Shown: in pieces, positions 47,721-59,800 of the stretch
How the letters are laid out: the number at the start of each line of letters is the position of its first letter
Numbering within the stretch: position 1 is the first letter of the stretch
NCBI RefSeq assembly: GCF_052425735.1
Contig: NC_135769.1
Span: forward strand, 29,760,001-29,824,000
Length of the DNA stretch: 64,000 nt
Direction of reading: 5' to 3'
Source of the DNA: Oculina patagonica
Taxonomy: Eukaryota
Notes under the pieces: generated by a model
The model's database searches: none
Seen by the model: the letters and a program-made list of their open reading frames with translations, nothing else
Told to the model about the DNA's origin: nothing
Program-made: the position numbers and the translations under genes

Positions 47721-49396
47721 GGCGATTTGAAATGTTGAACGCAGATGGGGCGTTGTTTGATAAGGAGAGAACTTTCAGTCTTTGGTCTGCCAACGCGCTT
47801 TAAGGTTACTTTCGTGTATGGCTCTTTTACACCGTCGCTCATTAGTGTCTCATTGAAAGTGAAGACGTTTCGTTTTATTTCAAGAGGAGATCTCCATTTC
47901 CTGGTAAAAAAAGTTTCAGGATTACGGCTTAGGCATTCTCAAAAGGGAGGCAGAAATACAGGAAAACGAATTTCAAAAGAAAGATACACAACTAATAGGT
48001 TGATTGTACGCACCACAAAGAGATTTTGCTTCTCACTACGTGAAATCGTGAAGCTGGGCGAAACCAATTAGCAGAGTTAATTGTCGCTTTTATTGTGTGT
48101 GTATTCAGGTAACATATGTTCCATCACACCGGCTAAATAATAAAACAAAATGTTGCTACGCCTCGAAAGTTAAGAAACTGAAAGAGAAAAAATTTCAATA
48201 TGAAAAATTGCACATCATCACAAATGTTAAATTTGTCTAGAAAATCATAATACTAGGGAAAAGGACAAACATTCACTTGCAACATGTAAGTGCACTTTTT
48301 AAGTGCAAATATATAGTGAAGGATGATACTAACTGTTTGCAATTATATGTATGTTAAAGCCTGAAACTTTCAAGTACATCTATTGAAAATCAGGTTATCG
48401 ATATTTGCATTATATTTTATTTTTTATTTATTTATTTATTTCTACAAAAGCATCTGTTTTTTTTATAGCTAAAAAGCTAGTTGCAGAACTAAACTAGTTA
48501 CACAACCACTTTCATTGAACCTAAACATTTCGAATTATTAAACCTCGACGGATAAAATTTGCTTTTCTTCTTAACTTTACTAGATGACACACAAACAGGA
48601 AAAATTAAAATGATAATTTAAATCTTTAAAATAAACATAACAATAACAAGATTACATTGCGATTAGTAATGAGGTGTGATTTAAAAATAAGTTATATATT
48701 TGTTACACCTGTCAATTGTAAGCCTTGGAATCTTTGAATCGTGTATTTACGAGTTCATGTTCACGGCTGTAGCATGTTTTTCTTACGTTTCAGAGTGATG
48801 TCGTATTAAAGGAGCTCAGTCACGGACAACTCATTTTGAAAAAACTGGCAAGTTTTTTCAAGTTTGTCAGTCGTAATCCGTCTTAATCTTCGTCAGACGA
48901 AACCATCCTTGGTTATTTTCGGGTTTTGATTACTTCTTTGTTGTTTTTCTATACTACACAACTGTTATTTTGAGGTTTCCTTCAATTTGGAAGTAATCAG
49001 AAAAATGACTTAAAATATCGTGACAATGCTGACCACGTCCCGTTAAATTCACTCGTAAAACAAAGTTTAAAAAGGTGGCTCCCGGGTATTTACGGGGCTG
49101 ACAGTTCGCTTTTTTAAGCGCATTTTAAAACGGGAAAACGTGAAGCGGTTGCATAGTTTTTTGAGAATCTGAAAGAATAATCCTCAAATTATATAATTCA
49201 TAATTTTTATGGCAATCAAACGCGATTTGTTAAATTTATGAGCGATTTTCGGAAACCTTCGTTTTTAATAAAATGCGATTATTTTTAAAAGGTCTTAAAA
49301 TGCTTCGGTGAATTTTTTTTGTAATTATCTCAAAACGCTGCAAAACAGTTAAAGTTTACTCACTACGACAGGAGCCCATCACTAACATGAAAATCC

Positions 49397-49397
<1 letters not shown>

Positions 49398-49427
<30 letters not shown>

Positions 49428-49449
49428 CTTCTTCTTCTTCTTCTTCTTC
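49398..49449. repeat. (CTT)n microsatellite
   Basis: About 17 perfect repeats. Confidence 0.95.
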
Positions 49450-50061
49450 CTGAACAAGCGACTTCTTTATTTTGCCTTCAATTCTCGAGGCTAATGTCAC
49501 CTTAATGTTGGTGCAAAAGTTAAAAAGATCGTGTATACACTGAAAAAAGAGTATTTTAACACTTTGTCCTCTTGGTAATCATGATAGGAATATAACAAAA
49601 ATGCAATAAAGTTCAATAAAATCGAGGGCAACATCGATGGTAAGGGCCTGATTACATGGCGAATTTTTAGCGCGGTTTGCCGGGCTGGAATTTTGTTGCT
49701 ATTACATGGAGAATTTCAGCCCGGGTTGAACACTTTTAAAACTGAATAATTATCGTGGCCGCCATTTTTTTCTTTGAAAACCACCACTGCGCATCCCTAA
49801 GCTCACTTTCAGCCCGGGCTGAAATTGAAAACGCGATTACATGAGGTATTTCAGCCCGTTTGCCGGGCTGAGATTCAGCCCGGGCTGTAATTCGTTCCGG
49901 GATGAAACGTTTTTCATGTAAAAGCAAACGTGTTTTTAAGAAGGTTTGTTTTGGAAGCCGAGCTGAAATCTCAGCCCGGCAAACCGGACTGAAATTCGCC
50001 ATGTAATCACAGGTAACCAAAGCGTACTATGAGAGTTTGTATGGATGTACTATAAAAGCTT

Positions 50062-50375
50062 TTATACCATGCCATAGAAAATACAGCCAATCAGAATACA
50101 GGAAAGCCGTTGCATATTCAACGGTATTCAACCTAACCTTCCCATCGTACGCTACGATCTTATTCTCGATGAAATTTAGTAAACGTATTTTCTATGGCAT
50201 GGTATAAAAAAGTTACACAACACTTTCTCGTGGTATACTATGTAATATCATACTTGTCACTTGTATTTTCTTCGTATACACACTCGCCTAAAGGCTCGTG
50301 TGTATACCGAGAAAATACAAGTGACTCGTGGGATATTCCATAGTATACCACTCGAAAGCGTTGCATAACTAGTAT
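50062..50375. mobile_element. Palindromic non-autonomous element inserted in the left TIR of the P-like element
   Basis: Absent from the right TIR; made of two adjacent inverted repeats (50060-50084 / 50185-50209, and a palindrome of about 160 bp at 50211-50370). Confidence 0.75.
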
Positions 50376-51597
50376 GTATGGATTTGAAATAAAGTTGAGA
50401 AAAATATCTCTTTTTACCGGTGAAAAGTTATAATGAAACTTTAAACCTTACCTGGTGTCACTTTTTGTCTCGTGTTACGTCGCGGTCACGTCGTGAACGA
50501 CGTGACCGTGACGTAACACGAGATTATCCGAGGGGACTTGGTAGCTCAGGATAGTGCTTTGTGTAAGACCTCTCGTAAGGTAACGAAGTGATAAAGTAGC
50601 AAGGAAACAAGGTACGAAATAGACACATTTACATAGACACATTTTGCTGATAAGATGCATCGGGATGCTGTTCTTCGTATTGCGCGTTTTCTCTTGTCGA
50701 GTTTTAAACGTGCTTATTTACACGTGTGAGACATGGTGTAAATGTTTGGATTACTAAGGTATGTGAATAATGTAATATATTACATGAAGTATCATCTTTA
50801 GTAATACCGCCAAATCTGATAAGGAAATTTTATCTCACATATGTTGCTTAAATAGGTAGTTTTTTACATGGAAAATGAATTTATCTTTACGGTAGGTTTG
50901 TGTTTTGATATTATATTTGCGGTGGGTATTGTTAAAGTATGCGGCTGGCTGAAAAGCTGTTGTTAAATTTCTGTTTGCGTTACAAGAAAGCCATTTTGGT
51001 GCGTGTTAGGGTCGAGGGTTGTTGAGGTCAGAGCAGTTTTCAGATATGTCAAATGATGTGTCAAAGGGAGAATATTAAGTGAAGTTACCACGCAAACAAA
51101 AATATTGATGTGGTATCTCATCTTCGGCTTTGTTCATTTCTTTAAACTTTATTCAGTAAAGAATAGGAAGGGCGTATTATGAATAGTGTAGAAACAGAAC
51201 GAAAGGATTAAGGGAAGTGCGATTATCGTTATCTGAGAAACAGGAAATTAATTTGCTTTGCTTTGTTAATTGTATACGCTTTCCAGAACGTGATATGATA
51301 TTTTGAAGACACAAAGTCAAATTCATAATTCCTTTTTGTTTGTTTTTCTTAGGGCCGGGTCGCACTAAAAAAAATTTTGGAATAATTTGTTTACTTTGCG
51401 GTGAAAATCTATCAACACGCGAGATTTTTAAGTGCGACCTCCACTTAAAAAAAAAGGCGAACCGATTTTCCAAAATTTTGTCTTTAATAACAAAGGAAGC
51501 CGTCTCCAGTGATAACAGAACCTGTCAGGGAAATGACATTGAAGGTCATGATCGCACGCAATCACAAAGCGCGGGAACTTCGCTAGAACACTCGATC

Positions 51598-52011
51598 ATG
51601 GATGGAGGTGGCTTTTTTCTCAGTTCAACACCATTTTATCCGGTTACTTTTTTGATCAGCAGCAGCAGCAGCAACAGCAGTTTGGCCCTTTTATGAATGA
51701 ACTGCATTCGCAGTTAAACGTGGGTGAAGGCAGTCAAAGCAGGCCAGGGAGCGCATCGAGCGATATAACGAGCTCCCCGACGAGTCCCGTTGCTGTTGCA
51801 AGTACATCTACAGCATCTTCTCCCGAATCCGGACCGGCAAAGAGAACTTACGACAAATGGGTCCGACGATGATCAGAAAATGCTAATTCGTCTTTGGGCT
51901 GATAATTTCGATCGCCTGAAGAGCAGAGAAGCACGAAAGGTCTGGGATGAAATGAGGCGAGCACTGAACTCGAAATTTGGCACGAAGAGGACCAGGGATA
52001 AAGTCTTTTAA
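51598..52011 (+). pseudogene. Frameshifted Myb/SANT-like (trihelix/MADF) DNA-binding protein relic, Harbinger ORF1-like
   Basis: Joined frames give QQQQQQQQQFGPFMNEL...ESGPAKRTYDKW/SDDDQKMLIRLWADNFDRLKSREARKVWDEMRRALNSKFGTKRTRDK; the W...LIxLW...W...RT spacing fits trihelix domains. Confidence 0.65.
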
Positions 52012-53850
52012 GCGTCAAGCAATCAAATTCATTTCCGGTTGTCACTTGCGAAGCCGGACCAAGATATATTAAGTGATAATACACAATACATCTTGCAACA
52101 GTATCAACAAAATGCAAGTAATCAACGTTTTCACGGAACATATATCTTGTCCTTTTACGGCGTAAATTTCGAGAGTTTAAAGCGTATTTTACAAATAGAC
52201 TTGAGCAAAAACAAACTAAACTAGCAAAACATGTGCATGGCAAAGAAGTGTGAAACAAACAGGAAACCACGCAGCGCAGACTATAAATGCAATGACCTCT
52301 AGACATTTCCTTGGCCACAATCTTACGGCTCTTAATTTAATATATAATGCCTCCAGATAAAACAGATCCCCATTAGAAAGAAGTGAGAAGCAAATTACGT
52401 CGAAAAACCTTCTCAGGAAACTAATTTGCTTTGCTTTTCACCACTTCGGCTTTAGATTTCAAGTGTAGTGTCAGGTGACGTTCTTGCTAAACAAAGACCG
52501 AATGTTCGGGCAACATCTGTCGAAGATACTGTGTAGTGGGTAGTCGGGGGGTAGTGTACAATCGGGTGGAGGGTTGTTGGCGCCAGAGCACTTTTCAGAT
52601 ATGTCAAATGATGTGTCAAAAGGAGAATATTAAGTGAAGTTATCACGCAAACAGAAAAATTGAAGTGGTATCTCATTTTGCGTTTTGGTAGGTTGTTTAA
52701 ACTTCATTCAGGCCATAATAGGAAAGCAGTATATTGAATACGCGGTAGATACAGAATAAAACCATTAAGGGAAGTGCGAATATCGTTATCTGCGAAACGG
52801 GAAACAAATTTGCTTTGTTCAGTGTACTTATGTCTTACTAATTAGGTAGCTGTATCAACAAGTTGCGCTGGAAGTTCTAAAAAGCGTATTGAGAATTAAT
52901 AATTTAATCAAGGTTATTATATGTGACTGAGGGCTTTTCATGCACAGTTCTAGTTTATTTTCACTGAGAATAATTTTAGTTGCAAGGTGAGCGAACGGTA
53001 GGGTAACATGTTTGTGCAGAGGTGTATATAGAACACTTCTTTTACATATTGGAAGCTATCATCGGTCTTTAAGCGGCAGAGCAGAAGTAGTTGTTGAATA
53101 TTGACCTTAATTTTTTCATATGCTCACTAGTGGCGCACGACGGAGTTGTGATTTTTGAACAAGTTATGTAAAATAGAATATTTATTTAAAGGACGATTTC
53201 TAGAACGTTATATGACATTTTGAAGACACAAAGTCATCAGAATGGGGCTTTGTCAGGAGCCATTACTAGTAATGCGCTCCTGGCTCTGTATATTTCAGAA
53301 GTAGGTTAGAGTAGAATGTGAAGAAAGGGCACATGGTGCGATGCTGGTATAGCACAAGCTGTTGCAAATGCTTGAGAATGAAATTTGAGAATTAATATTG
53401 TAGAATCCGGAGATGGTTTTTCTGAGCTTATATGATTGTTAGCAACGGGTGCTACTTTACTGATCTGTAACACGAGACAGCCCAACGGGCACTTTGATTT
53501 GTATTTCTATTGCTTTAGAAAGTCATACGCGCGATTGCCAACAGACGGTTAAGACGAGAATCGCGCGTATGACTTTCTAAAGCAATAGAAATACAAAAAA
53601 AGTGACACCAGGTAAGGTTTAAAGTTTCATTATAACTTTTCACCGGTAAAAAGAGATATTTTTCTCAACTTTATTTCAAATCCATACAAGCTTTTATAGT
53701 ACTCATAGTACGCTTTGGTTACCTGTGATGTAATCAGGCCCTAAGAGAGCCTGGAATCAAGGTTGATAATACGCGCTAAGTCTCCCGGGAAGGTCCGCCA
53801 TGGATATATCCCAGCACTCCTTAGGGTCGGCGAGGGAAGATGGGGTAAAG

Positions 53851-56800
53851 ATGGCTGACTTTCCGGTCTGGGTTGGTGGTTTGTCTTTAGATGTAAAAGA
53901 AAATGTACTGCATAACTTATTTTACAAATTTGGGCCTATAAAAAGTATAGTGATACTCAGAGATGACTCTGGAAGGTCAAAACAGTGTGGCTTCGTTAAT
54001 TTCTTATCGCAAGAAGTTGCGGAGCTTGCAGCGAAGAAATTGGATGGATGCGAGGTTTTGGGTCAAGCAATAAAAACGAAAGGACCTCGGGAACTGTTAT
54101 CTACAGGTAGAAGTACAACCTTTGTGCCTGTAACGGCGGTAAATTCAGAGAAGAAGGATTACAGACCTCTAACAGACTGTCCGTTTTTTGTCGAGAATCG
54201 TCAATGTTTCCCGAAACCCGGCGAGGTATGACATAAGCTTAGGCTTTAAACGTAACGTTATATAAATACTTTTTATTTTCCGTGTTAGAAGCTTTTCTGC
54301 ATTTTGATTTTTATGTTTGTGTTATAGACAAGTGTTTGGACGTGTATTTGTGCTAACAGAAATTATTTTCTTCTTCAAACAGTGCTCTTTTCGTCATTGT
54401 CTCGCGGCTCTTCAAACTGATGTTGTGTGTGAAAAGTGGATACAGAAAAAATGTACGGATATCTCTTGCTGTAAAAGACATCCTAAACTCATCAAGCAAC
54501 AATCAGGTGCGAAAAACAAACGTAACAGTACTTGTTATAACCTGCAGGGGCAGGAATTTTTCTTAGAAGTGTAATATGACACCTTTATACGAGTTTTTTT
54601 GTACATGTAACACAACACTTGTCACACAATGGTGGGTCACGTCTTTTCTTACAGAGCTAATTTAAACTGTTTATTAAGAAGAGTAAACAATAGGAGAGCC
54701 AACAACCTCATGTTACATGTATTTCTATTTATTACAATGGCGATTTAGATAAAAATCTTTCCATTTGACCTCACGAATGTCTTTTAAAGAGCCTGCCAGG
54801 GTAAATTCCGACAAGCAACATGGCCCAGAAAGTAGCGTCAGCACATAAAATAAAATTGCGACAAATGACAAACCTTTTGGAAAAACTTAAATTCCGACAA
54901 GAACAAGTAATTTTCCTTTAATTTTACTACCGACAGCAACAAAAAGTTTGATAAAACAGCGACATGGCACATTTATAAATTTAGACAAGTGACACGGGAA
55001 CTCCCCCTGGCAGGGCCTCTTGGAACCCAGACTGCATAACGCATACAGTGTACATGTAAATTCCAAGCTGAAGATGTGCCATGGTTTTCAAAATTCTACA
55101 CCAAATTTATAATTATAGGTCATTGGCTTGTCAGATTATGAGAAGCACTGCCTTGATCAGATGCCAAAGACCATTAAGTGTGCTTGCATTTTGTACTCCT
55201 GCTGCAAAATGTACGCAAAATGTACCATGGCTTGTTACAATATAGTATGGACATACTAATGAAAAATGAATCATATGATTGGTGGAAGAGTTATATGTAT
55301 ATTTATTATTTATTAAAAGCTTACAATGTGTTACAAATAGATATTTTTAAAACTGTGACAATTTTACTATTTAAAATCTACGGTTATGCAAATTTAGGAG
55401 AGATCTGATGCTGTTATTAGCACATAAATATTGTATAAATTACCCCCTTTTGTATTTAGCAGACCATGTTTTTAAAGTAACAGCTTCCCGATGCCCATCA
55501 CACAATGCATTCAAATGTACTGGCGAATGTGGCTTTGATGACTGTAACACTCACTTTATGGAACAAGAAGCTTTACAAGAACACATCAACAGAGGGAGAG
55601 AGAAAAAGTTTTCCCTCACTTCATCTTGTTCTCAGGTGTTGTATTTTCTCATTTTCGACCTAAAATGTAAATGCACATATACATGTAGGTGTTGTGGTTT
55701 AATTTTACCCTTGGTATAATATGTTATTTAATTTCATTATCTAATATTACCATACACCACAACAAAGTCTAAGAATACCTAGTTGTACCAAGCATAAAAT
55801 TGAACCACAACATACTTGTCTCACGAGACTATAGTATATTCCAGAGATTTCCGCTTCGTTGATTCTCGCGAGACGAGTTTCTCGTGTATCGAAACTTGTT
55901 TCGAACTTGTCTTGAAAGAAACAAGATGAGAGGTGGTAACTTACTTTTGAGTGGTACTGCATGTATATAATTATATTTTTATGTGTATGGAATGAAACAT
56001 GCTGTTTTAATTTGCTTTTTTTCAGTGCAAGGCCATTTTCTTCAGTGAACGAGAGAGACAACAGCATTCTTGTCTACATACTGCAAAAGAATCTTTACCT
56101 GCTCTACATGGTGTACATTCCTCTAATTTAAATTTTCTTCAGTCGTCAAGTTTTCAAGTAAAGCGGAACAGTCCTGTTATGTTTACAAACAGCTCTCCTC
56201 AGAATCTTATTAAACCTCATCATCTGTGTAAAAATCCCAACAGCTCCTTACTGAATCATCACACACAATGTGCCAATAGAGTCTGTGATTGTTCCAGGAA
56301 TCATATAGATCATGTTGGTAAAGCTAAAGAATCTTTTTGTGTTTGTTCTTCGTGTGGAAAAACGTACGAAAACTCTGGTGATTCCTTGAGTGACTTTGAC
56401 TTATCTGTTGATTCTGCGGGTATTGGAGGACATAAATGCCCTAATTCACCTTCTGTGAGAGGACTCATTAGTGATGCAGATGGTATGTACATGTCATGTG
56501 TTATTTTGTCAATAATAGTTACTGATAAGAACTTTCAATCTTTCTGATTGGTCGATAAGCAGGTTTATATGAAGATTAAATGGTTCAACTAGAATTCCAC
56601 ATTCAGTAACTAAATAAGTCTGGGAACATTATTAAAATCAAGGTCTTTTATTGATATTATAGTGGAGCAGGGAAAGCGCAGTAGTGAGAGCGCTCGCTTC
56701 CCACCAATGTGGCCCTTGTTCGATTCCCAGACCCAGCATGTGTCACATATGGGTTGAGTTTGTTGTTGGTTGGTTCTTGCTCCAAGGGTTTTTCTCCAGG

Positions 56801-59800
56801 TTCTCTGGTGTTCCTCCCTCTGTGGACCTTTGTAAAACAAATTTGACTGATTTATTTATTAAGCCCAATATTTTCTGAGTACTGGACTATTGTTTAGGTT
56901 CAACACCAGTTTTTCATGTACCTCTTGTGTGTGCTAAAACACTCTCGTGTTTGATATAAATTACTACACTCTGTACCTCAATGAAGACCTACATTGTACC
57001 AGTTACTTGTACATGAAGGGCTAATTATTTTTCTCCCAATGTGGCCTTTTCGCTGGGTAAATCAGGTAATTGTGTACATGTATGTATTACCTTTTCAGCA
57101 CTGACTAATTTTTGCAAAAGCTTATTGACCAGATTTTTAAAGCTGTTATTACTATGTGTTCTTCTACACAGCATTGGCATTCAAGAATTCTTTGACTGGA
57201 TCTCCGAGCCAAGGGTCAACAGCTCCTGAACCAGAACCAATAGGTGTATTCTGGGATATAGAAAATTGTCCTGTACCACGTGGCAAGTCTGCGTCAGCTG
57301 TTGTTCAAAAGATAAGGAAGGAGTTTTTCAGTGGAAAAAGAGAGGTCGAGTTCATGTGTGTTTGTGATATCAGCAAGGAAAAGAAAGAAGTAATTGAAGA
57401 ACTTAACAAAGCTCAGGTGAGATTTTTTGTAGTTTATCAGGGCTCGATAAAAACTTGAATTACAGCTTGCCTATGGGGCAAATGACTCTCAAATTTTGCT
57501 TGCCCAGACACTATACCCCCTTGCCCAGGTTCTCAAACTTATTAATAATTCATGATTATGGTTTGCCAGGGCCTTTGCCCATTGGACAAGAGAGTATGAA
57601 AAGTCACTTGTCTAGCAGGAAAATCTACTTGTCCCGGACGACCAAACAGGGTTTTGTCAAGCCCTGTTTATGCATTAATAATTGGAAAATTATGAAACAC
57701 CTTCAGTTGGTAAAGAAGGGTCAGAAACTTAATTAATGAGAGCATGTACCATCTGAGGAAGTAACATTTTACGTGAGTTTGGTGTGTTGACAAAATTAGT
57801 GAATCCTTCTAATGGAGTAAATGCCAAAAATAATGGAAATTTACTTTACCCTGTACCTTGTTGTAGGTAACTGTAGTTCACATCAATGCCACTTCAAAAA
57901 ATGCCGCCGATGACAAATTACGTCAAAGCCTGCGGCGATTTGCACAGTCTTACCCTCCTCCAGCTACAGTCATCTTGGTGTCTGGGGACATCAACTTTGC
58001 AGCAGAGCTGTCTGATTTACGTCATCGACACAACCTAGAAGTGATCTGTCTTCATAACGCCCAGGCTCAGGCTGCCTTACTGGCTTGTGCTCACGAGGCG
58101 AGGAGATTTGATCATTTTACTGCTGACATTCCTGTTGTCTTCCCTCCAAAGGTAAGTTTGTCTTTTCACTAATCGCAAAGTTAATATTTAGCACTTGAAT
58201 TTGTTGGAATAGCATTCAAAACCAATATTCTGGGGGAAGGCAGTGACTGTCCAACATGTTAACTGCTTAAAATGCTAACCGCTAACCCCTCTTTCTATCC
58301 CCCTCCCACAAATGCCAATTGTAGACAAGCTCCCATAAGGAGGTTAAGAGAGGACTGTTGACAACACTTACTCCTCTAGTTAATTATGTTACAAGATTAT
58401 TGCATTCAACCGTAGGGAAGAAATGATGGTAAATGTCACAGGTTTGACAGACTTCTTTTTTAGGTAGCTTGTGTCACTGATTGCTTCATACATGTATCTT
58501 TTCAATCTTAATATCAGTTACAAAATGTTCATTTTATTCCAGGCACCTGAGGAGAGTGACTTGTCATCAGAGCTTCTTGTCCTCAATCTTCCAATGGGTA
58601 AAGATGTTACACAGGTCAGGAACAGACTGAAGAAACTCTCTGACAACTGTGGAGGAAAGGTTGTGAGCATCTCAGGACGCACCTCTGTTCTAAGATTTCC
58701 AAATCCTGCTAGTGCTGCAAGGTAAATTTGGATTGTTAATCCTCAACCAACAGTTTATGTTTTTGCTGCCGTCAATCATCTTAGTGGACCTCTCAGGAAA
58801 CAGAAGCTCACTTCAACCGGGTCAGAAGGTCACATCTGTCAGTTGTGTGATTGGAGGATTTCGATCCATTTTGTTTGTTTCTAATGTGTTTTTCATAGTT
58901 CCTTGGCTATCGCCATAATTATGATTGACGGCAGCAAAAAAAAAAAAAACAATTATCATTAGTTGGATTTTGAATTTCAGAGTTCACATATCACTGAAAA
59001 CAACCTCGGTCCCAGGGTCTCTATCTCCCCGCCCCCCAGCCTGAGCGAAAGATGAGAGACCCTGTTTTATTAAACTGAAAATGTGCCTCCTAGACATTTA
59101 AGAACAGTAAACGCGAGGGTACTCTTTAATCGTAAGTAAATTTCTCGTCCTTATCCTTTGTCGCATTCCAAGCGTTATCATTCCACACGGCAGCGTTCTA
59201 TGAACAAATGGCTACTGATAGTATTTCCAATGCGGTACAGGTTCATTATAACATCCTTGGCCGCAGCCAGCGAGCAATTCCCTATCACCCTTCTTGAAGC
59301 TAAGATATTTACAATGTGTAATGCCCGTAACTGTGACCTCTTCAGCGAAAACGTGTCTTATGCTAGCAGTTTTGAAAGGTACTGTTCGTATAATAAAACA
59401 GTTCAACAGATGAAATGGGATGGGTTGCCGTTTTTACAACTAGAAATACCGTAAACACCCGCGTATAAGCCGCTACCTCGACTTTGTAAACTAAAATTTG
59501 GAAAAAAAGTTTTTTAAAGTAAATCAAAGAAAATCCAAAGTTGAGTCTTTAGGAAGTCTTCTTCATCGAACGTATACTCAATGAACACTGAAACAGAAAA
59601 TACTTCAGTCTTACCCAGCAATTTGAGCTCTTAAATATAATGAAAACCAACTTTCGACATATTATGGGTGATCTTTTTCTAGCATTTGTTGCCATTGGTG
59701 ATCTTTTTCTAGGCATTTGTTGCCAATCTTAATAGGTGTCAATCTTAACAGTCTGTTCCTGACTTGGTTTCGTCCTGCTATAGGACGATGAATATATTTT

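Larger units (their letters stand above)
50008..53727. mobile_element. Non-autonomous P-element-like DNA transposon, 3720 bp
   Basis: Termini cacaggtaaccaaagcgtactatgag / ctcatagtacgctttggttacctgtg; TIR about 135 bp (left copy interrupted); 7-bp TSD atgtaat at 50001-50007 and 53728-53734. The superfamily call is inferred from the CANRG ends and the TSD length. Confidence 0.8.
49644..53741. mobile_element. Harbinger-type MITE split by a 3.7-kb insertion in its right TIR
   Basis: taa|gggcctgattacatggcgaatt...gaaattcgccatgtaat[insert]atgtaatcaggccc|taa; same family as 17070-17425. Confidence 0.85.
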
